A stretch of 64,000 bases of DNA from Convolutriloba macropyga (taxonomy: Eukaryota): assembly GCF_964194025.1 (NCBI RefSeq), contig NC_134473.1:1984001-2048000 (forward strand). Direction: 5' to 3'. A program made the translations under genes and the position numbers. The notes under the pieces were generated by a model. That model had not been told where the DNA came from. It was given only the letters and a program-made list of their open reading frames with translations, and ran no database searches. This document shows positions 54,205-64,000 of this stretch, in pieces (the stretch's first letter is position 1; every line of letters starts with the position of its first letter).

Positions 54205-54276
54205 TCTCTGGAAGAAAAGTGGTGAGCATCTCAGACCCTCAATCTGGAGACCTGGGTTTAGTTCACCGAAAGAGCG
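54205..54276 (+). pseudogene. tRNA-like relic, copy 2
   Basis: TCTCTGGAAGAAAAGTGGTGAGCATC TCAGA CCCTCAA TCTGG AGACCTGGGTTTAGTTCACCG has a 5-bp anticodon stem with a 7-nt loop and the A-box-like AGTGGTGAG. TTTTT follows. Confidence 0.55.
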
Positions 54277-55654
54277 CAATTTTTGACAGTAAAATGTCAG
54301 AATGCGCCCCAGAGTGACCATTAAGAAATTGTGAGGGTTGCATGTCTGACAATTCAAAAAGTGGCATGAATCAGTCTATGATTCAGTTTTGACAAGGACT
54401 TGCATTTAATATAGTTCAGTATTGGAATGCCTTTGAAACTGAAACGCACTCAAGATATAGGTGGCCAAAATTTGCTTCTAATCCAAAAAGTGCTATATTT
54501 GGGTCCATATCAATTAAGATTTTTAACTATTTTTTTTCGAAGTCGCAATTAATTGCCTTTGACTACATAACTTAACCTCAATTATGGGAGAGGAGATGTT
54601 TGTGCATTTAACCATCAAACATTGGTTTAAACCTGAAAGTGTATTACACACTATTTTGCTCACAAAAGCACTCTGAAATAAAGAAGGTAGAATCCCTTTT
54701 TCATGCTCTGTTAAACTCACTGACAATATCCGTCAGTTTAAGGCATTTTTTTGAATTGTGGTCTAGTCCAAGAAACCCTTCAAAAGCGCTTTGTGGACAG
54801 CAGTGACGGAATAGTGTAAGTGTAACTCAAGTTCCGTTAGTTATTTCCCCAGGCCTAAAATAAGGGAGAAATTGAACTGAAGTAAGGGTCTGTTTTGGCC
54901 AGTAATAAAAAACATATAGCAAAACCCTGAATTTTGAACTTGATAAACTTAAAGACGTTCAAGAATCTTTTTTTTCCGTTTTATATTTTAGACTTCCTAA
55001 ACGTCGTTTTTTATGATACCGTTGCAATTTTTATGATGTGTAATCTAGCTAGTAATAATAGACAAGATAATTTTAACATCTAAGGCAAGTACCATATTTT
55101 GTTCAGGGTTTTCATAAACTTGAAATTTATATGGCTTAAGGGTATCTAAGAACCCCTGTAATATTAAAGGAGTTCCGAATTATCCTTAAGTTTTTAAATT
55201 TGGAGTTTATGATACCACTGCAAAGATTGCGATAACTGATCTAGCCGGCTATAATAACCTCTGACCATATTGAATCATCATTGAGTGTGCTCGACAGCCA
55301 TGTGAATCATCCAATCTAGATTAGTCCTGGCGTCATCTGGGATGAATTGGGGCCAGAATTCGGTTTTGAATTGGTTTACTTATTAATTTTGACTTATTAG
55401 TTCACTTATTAATCAATAAGTGATGTGGAATTAAATCAGGAAATTGGTTAATTTGGAACAAAACAGCCAGACTTACTGGTTCAGCTCTAGCTGTTATTGA
55501 TATAGGTCTGCGAACACAAACCATGATACAGGAGGGAGCATCATTTTGGAGTTCTGTACTTTCAAATTCAGAATTGCAATTTCAGCCGCTATGCAAAGCT
55601 TCACACAGACCTTAATTGTCTTTACTCAGTCACCGGTTGCTGATTTGGCCGACA

Positions 55655-56447
55655 CCCGGGTCGAGGAATTCGTCAAAATTTATGTAAGAAATGCGCTGAC
55701 AACCGCTGAAAAAAAAATATTTTTCAGCGGATAAATCTTACATATTAATCCGCTTAATCTGCTAAATTTTCAGCACCTTTCTTACATCATTTCAGCACTT
55801 TTCAGCGCATTGAGCGAATAATTATGTGAGATTTAACTGCTGAAAAAAATAAATTTTCAGCGGCTGTCAGCGCATTTCTTACAAAGCTTTCATTACTTAT
55901 CTTACACAATATCAGCACTTATTGTATCCATTTTCAACGGTTTCCTTGCACAAGTTGAAACTTTTTGAGTTCTTTTGGATTCTGATATGATGAAAGTGTG
56001 ACGCTTTTCAGTTGGTATGTTTTTCAAAACAAAGGAATTTTCATTTAAAGAAAAGCCACGCAGATCTTTTATTGATTCGTGGCTCATCAGAAGTGCAAAA
56101 GGTGAAGGATCCTACATGCTGACTACGTTATAAGCAATAGTGAGCAAAAAATTGCACGTAAAACTATGCAAGAAAAACGCTGAATCTGCTGAATTTTAAA
56201 TTTCCACAAGTGCTAAAAATATGTAAGCAAAGTGCTGAGAAGCCGCTGAAATTTTGTAAGAAGAGTGTTGAAATTATGTAGGAAAGGTGCTGAATCCGCT
56301 TGATTTGGAAATTTCACAAATATTGAAAATATGTAAGAAAGGCGCTTAATCATATGCCGATTTTATGTAAGAAATGCGCTGAAAGTTGCTGAAATATTTT
56401 TTTTCAGCGGATTTACTACCATTTTGCTGCTGACCCCTCTACCTGGG
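55655..56447. mobile_element. 793-bp non-autonomous DNA transposon (MITE), CACTA/EnSpm-like, with 2-bp TSD CA
   Basis: Absent from copy 1 (empty site GGCCTACAGAGT at ~29634-29645). Termini are CCCGGGTCGAGG and CCTCTACCTGGG, flanked by CA at 55653-54 and 56448-49. Internal ATGTAAGAAATGCGCTGA repeats occur in both orientations. Confidence 0.88.
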
Positions 56448-57609
56448 CAGCGTTTAGCCGACAACGCTACAAAGAGAGTAAATCATAATTTACTTATAAT
56501 AAGAAATTAGACGCAGTCATGCCAACATGAGCTGTGATTGGCCAATATCTCCTTTTTTTCTTTGTCCTATCCCACCTTCTTGACCACTCCCTTGTCGTAG
56601 GTCTTAACACATCCTCTTTGACCGGTACTAAATTAGACTTTCAGCAATCAAATTTTCCAGTTATTTTCGAATCTTAGCTTAATCCTAATACGTAAGAATA
56701 ACTTTACGGTAGCTGTTCGCAATGGGGTGAAATATAGTAAAAATTGAATATCTTAAAACGAATCATGGCGTCGCTTTGGGCCTGAGTTTAAACTAATAGC
56801 TTCCTAACTTTTCTTCTGATTCAGTGCTACTGATAATATACCGCGAGATCCTGCAAGACTCCTACACATCTGAAGATTCCTACAAGATTCCTGCACATTC
56901 TGCTAAAGAATTGTTCACATTGATTGAGTTCTCCAATATATGCACTCATTGTCGGAAGATCTTGTAAATTTCTGGGAAGGTTATCGTCGGAGCTTCAAAA
57001 ATGGTTGCACTTAGAAGCTGATACGAGAATTGTCATCTTTTATTTCAGATGTTGGCATATTTCACATTGTTTCCAATTGTAAGATTTGACTTAATTTCAC
57101 TTATCAATTAGTTCCCGGACTGACCTAATTATTTTTTATCGCTGAATCTTGATAACTTCTTTTCTGAATTTTGGACTGCCAAGTATGATGATCATGTCAA
57201 AAATTACGATGATCAGAGTAAAAATTCAAGACAACCTAGTTTCTCTGAATTTGTTCTAAACTATATGACAAAATCGGAGTGTGGCTTTACTGCACAGAAG
57301 AAAAAATCAGCCTGAAAAAAAACCTGAGAAAAAACTCAGCATTTAAATACTCTAAGTTTACTCTGAGAATAAAAAAATATTCACTTCAATAAAAAATATT
57401 CAGTCCAATTGCAGTTCTCATCTCTGGTACTGGCATTGGTAAAAGAATATCGTGTTGAGGGTCACTCTGGTGCCACGGGCCCAAAAAAGTATAGGCGCAA
57501 TTTGGTTAATTAGCTATTGGAAATTACAGGTAACATCTAAATTAGACGTTTGAACAACATTTCAGCAAAAAAGTAGAAAAAAAAACACTAAATTAAAAGA
57601 TTTTTTGGT

Positions 57610-58320
57610 TGTGCCCGTTTTTTGGTCAAAAAAACAGTGTTATAGGAGTTGCAATACTTCTAATTTATTTTGTTTGAGTGAGGATATTCTTTTTATGACA
57701 AGTTGGACAAAAAATCAACAAAAATCACAATTTTCGAAGTTTTTGGTCTTGGGCCCGTTTTTTCGTCCAATACAAAAAACGGCCCAAAAATGACAACCGA
57801 CTTTTTTTCCTCATTCCAGAGTTGTACAACGTCGGAATTAATATGTTTGAGCTGCGATATTGTTTTTAGGGTGAACTGGCACAAAAAAATTAACAAGATT
57901 TCTTTTTTTGAGGTTTTTGGTCTTGGGCCCTTTTTTTCATCCAATACCAAAAAACGGGCCCAAAAAATACAACATGCTTTTAATTGTCTTTCGAAAGTTT
58001 TTAATCGTCAGAATTATCTTTTTTGGAGTCGGATATTCTTTTAGGTTGAACCGGACCAAAAAATTAGGAATTTTCACAGGATTTAAGGTTTTCTGTTTTG
58101 GGCCCGTTTTTTGAGAACATTTTTTAAAAAACGGGCCCAAAAAATGAAAAAAGCTTCAAAGAGTGTCCTTATTGTTTCACATTGCCAAAAACACCTTCTG
58201 TTAGCCAGAATAGGCTCTCCAGACTATATTAAAACCAGGAATAGCGGTTTATAACTCTTTATTCAGTTTTTTTTGGGCCCGTTTTTTGAGCCCACTTTAA
58301 AAGACGGGCCCTAAAATTGG
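57610..58320. repeat. Second copy of the GGGCCC hairpin leader (more eroded)
   Basis: Inverted repeats at ~57749, 57923, 58097 and 58272. The first hairpin (~57610) has lost its right arm. The 179-bp duplication of copy 1 is absent. Confidence 0.85.
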
Positions 58321-58419
58321 TAATTGATTTAAAGACAGTATTATTAATGGTAAATTCCCAGAAATAGTTTATACGTGCCCGAATGGTCTCTATAGACAAG
58401 TTTACAACGAAATAAAACA

Positions 58420-61400
58420 GAACTGCAGATACTTTGGCAATTGGTCCCGAAAACGGGCCCAAGAAAATTACCGATGTTATGAAAACGTGCACAAAGGTTT
58501 GAATTTTTCTTTATGAAATTTCTGTTCAAAGTTCATCACTAACTATGAACAGGAAAGATAAGAAGCTAGATTTTTTAACTTTATGTTGCGATCCCAATTT
58601 CTACACTTTTAAACCATTTCCGCAATAGGGGTGGGTTATCCGTGACTATCCATTATTTCAATTAGGAAGTGGTTTTAATGTTCTGAACTAATTTTCGCAG
58701 CATAACAATGTTTTTGAAAACATTTAACATAAGAAAACACTAATATAAAAAAACTACGGCCACTTTGGTAGGCGGGCCCAAAAAAGGGCCCAAGAAAGTT
58801 GCAGATGTTACCAAAACTTGAACAAAGATTTAATTTTCGTATTTATGATTTTTCTGGGCAAAATCTATCACTAACTAGGCATAGAAATGATAAAAAGTCA
58901 AATATATGAAGTCATGTTGCAATTGCAACTTCCTTATCTGTGCATAAAAACCATCTCCCCAATAGATGTGGGTTAGCGTTAGTATCCATTATTTCAATTA
59001 AGAAGTGTTTTTGTTGTTCTGAATTTTTTTTGGAAGCATAACAATGTTTTTAATAACAATTAACACAAGAAAGCAGATAATTTATCGAAGAACAGCCAAT
59101 TTGGTACGTGGGCCCAAAAACGGGCCCAAGAAAATTACAGATGTTACCAATACTTGCACAAAGTTTTAATTTTAGTATTTCTGATTTTTCTGGCCAAAAT
59201 CTATCACTAACTAGGCGTAGTAAAGATAAAAAGTCAAATATATGAAGTCATTCTGCAATAGCAACTTCCCTACTTGTGCATAAAAACCATCTCCCCAATA
59301 GATGTGGGTTACCGTGAGTATCCATTAATTCAATTAAGAAGTTTTTTTGTTGTTCAGAATTTTTTTTGGAAGCATAACAATGTTTTTAAAAACATTTAAC
59401 ATAAGAAAACACTAAAATAAAAAAAACTACAGCCACTGTGTTAGGCGGGCCCAAAAACGGGCCATAAACGGGCCCAAGAAAGTTACAGATGTTACCAAAA
59501 CTTGCACAAAGTTTTAACTTTCGTATTTAAGATTTTTCTGGGCAAAATCTATCACTAACTAGGCATAAGAATGATAAAAAGTCAAATATATAAAGTCATG
59601 CTGCCATCGCAACTTCCTTACTTGTGCATAAAAACCATCTCCCCAATAGATGTGGGTTACCGTGAGTATCCATTCTTTCAATTAAGAAGTGTTTTTGTTG
59701 TTTTGAATTTTTTTTGCAAGCATAACAATTTTTTTAATAACATTTAACACAAGAAAACACTTAATTTAACGAAATACAGCCACTTTGGTAAGTGGACCCA
59801 GAATTGGGACCAGAAAAGTTAAATATTTTATCAAAACGTGCACAAAGGTTTGAATTTCTTCTTTATGAAATTTCTGTTCAAAGTTCATCACTAACTAGGA
59901 ACAGGAATGATAAGAAGTCAGAGTTTTTAACTTTATGTTGCGATCCCAATTTCTAAACTTGTAAATAAAAACTATTTCCACAATAGGGGTGGGTTATCCG
60001 TGACTATCCAATATTTCAATTAGGAAGTGGTTTTATTGTTCTGAACTAATCTTGGCAGCATAACAATGTTTTTGAAAACATTTAACATAAAAAACACCAA
60101 AGAAAAATTAGGGCCACTTTGGTAGGCGGGCCCAAAAACGGGCCCAAGAAAGCTACAGATGTTACCAAATTTTGCACAAAGTTTTAATTTTTTGTATTTA
60201 TGATTTTTCTGGGCAAAATCTATCATTAACTAGGCATTGGAATGATAAGAAGTCAAATATATAAAGTCATGGTGCAATCGAAACTTCCTTAATTGTGCAT
60301 AAAAACCATCTCCACATTATATGTGGGCTACCGTGAGTATCCATTAATTCAATTAAGAAGTGTTTTTGTTGGTCTGAATTTTTTTGGAAGCATAACAGTG
60401 TTTTTAATAACATTTAACACAAGAAAACACTTAATTTATAGAAATACAGCCACTTTGGTAAGTGGGCCCAAAAACGGGCGCAAGAAAGTTACAGATGTTA
60501 CCAAAACTTGTACCAAGTGTTAATTTTCGTATTTATGATTTTTCTGGGTAAAATCTATCACTAATTAGGCATAGGAATGATAAAACGTCAAATATATAAA
60601 GTCATGCGGCAATCGCATCTTCCTTATTTGTAAATAAAAACCATCTCCCCAATAGATGTGGGTTACCATGAGTATCCAATAATTCAATTAAGAAGTGTTT
60701 TTGTTGTTCTGATTTTTTTTGGAAGCATTACAATGTTTTTAATAACATTTAACACAAGAAAACACTTAATTTAAAGAAATGGAGCCACTTTGGTAAGTGA
60801 ACCCAAAAAAGGGCCCAGGAAAATTACAGACGTTATGAAAACGTGCACATATTTTTGAATTTCTTCTTTATGAATTTTTGTTCAAAGTTCATCACTAACT
60901 AGGCACAGGAATGATAAGAAGTCAGAGTTTCTATCTTTATGTTGCGATCCCAATTTCTACAATTGTAAATAAAAACTATTTCCCCACCCAATTGGTGTGG
61001 GTTATCCGTGACTATCCATGAATTCAATTAGAAAGTGGTTTTTTTGCTCTGAACTATTTTTGGCAGCATAACAATGTTTTTGAAAACATTTAACATAAGA
61101 AAACACTAATATAAAAAAAACTACGGCCACTTTGGTAGGCGGGCCCAAAAACGGGCCAAGAAAGTTTCAGATGTTACCAAAACTTGCACAAAGTTTTAAT
61201 TTCGTATTTATGAATTTTCGGGGCAAAATCTATCACTAATTAGGCATAGGAATGATAAAACTTCAAATATATAAAGTCATGCGGCAATCGCATCTTCCTT
61301 ACTTGTAAATAAAAACCATCTCCCCAATATATGTGGGTTACCGTGAGTATCCAGTAATTCAATTAAGAAGTGTTTTTGTTGTTCTGAATTATTTTTGAAA

Positions 61401-64000
61401 GCATAGCAATGTTTTTAATAACATTTAACACAAGAAAACAATTAATTTAATGAAATCGAGCCACTTTGGTAAGTGAACCTAAAAAAGGGCCCAGGAAATT
61501 TACAGATGTTATTGAAACGTGCACAAAGATTTGAATTTCTTCTTTATGAATATTTGTTCAAAGTTCATCACTAACTAGGCACAGGATTGATAGGAAGTCA
61601 GAGTTTTTAAATTTATGTTGCGATCCCAATTTCTACAATTGTAAATAAAAATTTTTTCCCCACCCAATAGGTGTGGGTTATCCGTGACTATCCATGAATT
61701 CAATTAGGAAGTGGTTTTATTGTTCTGAACTAATTTTGGCAGCATAACATTGTTTTTGAAAACGTTTAACATAAGAAAACACTAATATAAAAAAAACTAC
61801 GGCCACTTTGGTAGACGGGCCCAAAAACGGGGCCCAGAAAGTTTCAGATGTTACCAAAACTTGCACAAAGTTTTATTTTCGTATTTATGATTTTTCTGGG
61901 CAAAACCTATCCTTAACTAGGCATAGGAATGAGAAAAATGCAAATATATAAAGTCATACTGCAATCGCAACTTCCTTACTTGTACATAAAAAACCATCTC
62001 CCCATTAGATGTGGGTTACCGTGAGTATCCATTAATTCAATTAAGAAGTGTTTCTCTTGTTCTGATTTTTTTGGGAAGCATAACAATGTTTTTAATAACA
62101 TTTAATACAAGAAAACAATTAATTCATAGAAATACAGCCACTTTGGTAAGTGGGCCCAAAAACGGGCCCAAGAAAATTACAGATATTACCAAAATTTGTA
62201 CAAAGTGTTAATTTTCGTATTTATGGTTTTTCTGGGCAAAATCTATCACTAACCAGGCATAGGAATGATAAAACGTCAAATATATAAAGTAATGTTGCAA
62301 TCGCAACTTACTTACTTGTACATAAAAACCATCTCCCCATCAGATGTGGGTTACCGTGAGTATCCATTAATTCAATTAGGAAGTGTTTTTGTTGTTCTGA
62401 ATTATATTGGAAGCATAACAGTGTTTTTATTAACATTCAACACGAGAAAAAAAATTTAATTTAAAGAAATACAGCCACTTTGGTAACTGGACCCGAAAAC
62501 GGGCCCAGAAAAATTACAGATGTTACCAAAAACTTGCACAAAGTGTTAACTTTCTTTTTTATGATTTTTCTGGGCAAAGTGTATGACTAACTAGGCAGAG
62601 GAAGGATAAAAACTCAAATATATGAAGTCATGCTGCAATTGCAACTTCCTTACCTGTGCATAAAAACCATCTCCCCAATAGATGTGGGTTAGCGTGAGTA
62701 TCCATTATTTCAATTAGGAAGTGTTTTTGTTGTTCTGAATTTTTTTGGAAGCATAACAATAACATTTAACACAAGAAAGCAGATAATTTATCGAAAAACA
62801 GCCAATTTGGTACGTGGGCCCAAAAACGGGCCCAAGAAAATTACAGATGTTACCAATACTTGCACAAAGATTTAATTTTTGTATTTATTATTTTTCTGGG
62901 CAAAATCTATCACTAACTAGGCAGAGGAATGATAAAACGTCAAAAATATAAAGTTATGCTGCAATCGCAACTTCTTCACTTGTACATAAAAACCATCTCC
63001 CCAATATAGGTGGGATATTCGTGAGTAGCCATAATTTCAATTACGAAGTGTTTTTGATGTTCTGAACATTTCTTTAGCAGCATAGCAATATTTTTAAGAA
63101 CATTTAACACAAGAAAACACTTAATTTAAAGAATTTTAGCCACTTTGGTGAGTGGGCCCAAAAACGGGCCCAAGAAAATTACAGATGTTACAAATTTGCA
63201 AACAGTGCTAATTGTTGTATTTATTTTTTTTCTGGGCAAAGTCTATCACTAACTAGGCAGACGAATGATAAAAAGTCAAAAACATAAAGTTTTGCTGCGA
63301 TCTCAACTTCCTTACTTGTACTAAAAAAACGTTTCCCCCAATAAATGTTGGTTATTCGTGAGTATCCATTAATTCAATTAAAAAGTGTTTTTGTTGTTCC
63401 GATTTATTCTTGGCAGCATAACAATGTTTTTAATAACTTTTAACACAAGAAAACATTTAATTTAAAGAACTACAGCCACTTTGGTAAGTGGGCCCAAAAA
63501 CGGGCCCAAGAAAATTACAGTTGTTACCAAAACTTGCACAAAGTGCTATTTTTTGTATTTATTATTTTTCTGGGCAAAGTCTGTCAATAACTAGGCAGAG
63601 GAATGATAAAAATCAAAAACATAAAGTTATGCTGCGATCTCAACTTCCTTACTTGTACAAAAAAACATTTCCCCCAATAGATGTGGGTTATTCGTGAGTA
63701 TCCATTAATTCAATTAAGAAGTGTTTTTGTTGTTCCGAATTATTTTTGGCAGCATAGCAATGTTTTTAATAACATTTAACACAAGAAAACAATTAATTTA
63801 ATGAAATGGAGCCACTTTGGTAAGTGAACCTAAAAAAGGGCCCAGGAAATTTACAGATGTTATTGAAACGTGCACAAAGATTTGAATTTCTTCTTTATGA
63901 ATATTTGTTCAAAGTTCATCACTAACTAGGCACAGGATTGATAGGAAGTCAGAGTTTTTAAATTTATGTTGCGATCCCAATTTCTACAATTGTAAATAAA
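58420..64000. repeat. Second ~339-bp satellite array, diverged multi-variant monomers; runs off the right edge
   Basis: Same GGGCCCAAAAACGGGCCC and TGGGTTA.CCGTGA landmarks at ~335-345-bp spacing. A distinct AAACGTGCACA variant occurs at ~58483, 59834, 60839, 61515 and 63866. Confidence 0.95.

Larger units (their letters stand above)
50700..58330 (+). repeat. Copy 2 of the ~7-kb segmental duplication (partner 24836-31780), containing a MITE insertion
   Basis: Colinear with copy 1 from TGCTCCGTAA.AGAATTGAGCTG to the last GGGCCC hairpin. It has an extra ~110 bp at ~50875-50990 and the 793-bp insertion. Confidence 0.95.

Overview
AT-rich eukaryotic, probably invertebrate, heterochromatin-like DNA with no intact host gene; the species cannot be determined from the sequence. 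Layout: (1) 1-21.8 kb is a CpG-rich 33-bp satellite with local higher-order repeats. It ends in a CCC/GGG-type terminal inverted repeat (TIR) that matches a CACTA/EnSpm-like family found in this window. (2) 21.8-24.7 kb is a decayed EnSpm-like transposase with its right TIR. (3) 24.8-31.8 kb and 50.7-58.3 kb are two diverged direct copies of a ~7-kb block. The block carries a minus-strand relic with tyrosine-recombinase-like motifs, a tRNA-like relic and a leader of phased GGGCCC hairpins. The C-terminal half of a SET domain survives only beside copy 2 (50380-50676). (4) Each copy leads into a ~339-bp satellite array (31.8-48.6 kb, homogeneous; 58.4-64 kb, more diverged). (5) A five-copy ~288-bp hairpin-rich repeat lies at 48.8-50.2 kb. 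(6) A 793-bp MITE with a 2-bp target-site duplication is present only in copy 2. Two hypotheses stand out: the satellites grew from DNA-transposon subterminal repeats, and a YR+SET element relic is part of a ~26-kb satellite-carrying macro-unit. Protein-family calls other than SET rest on by-eye motif recognition in broken frames and need HMM confirmation.
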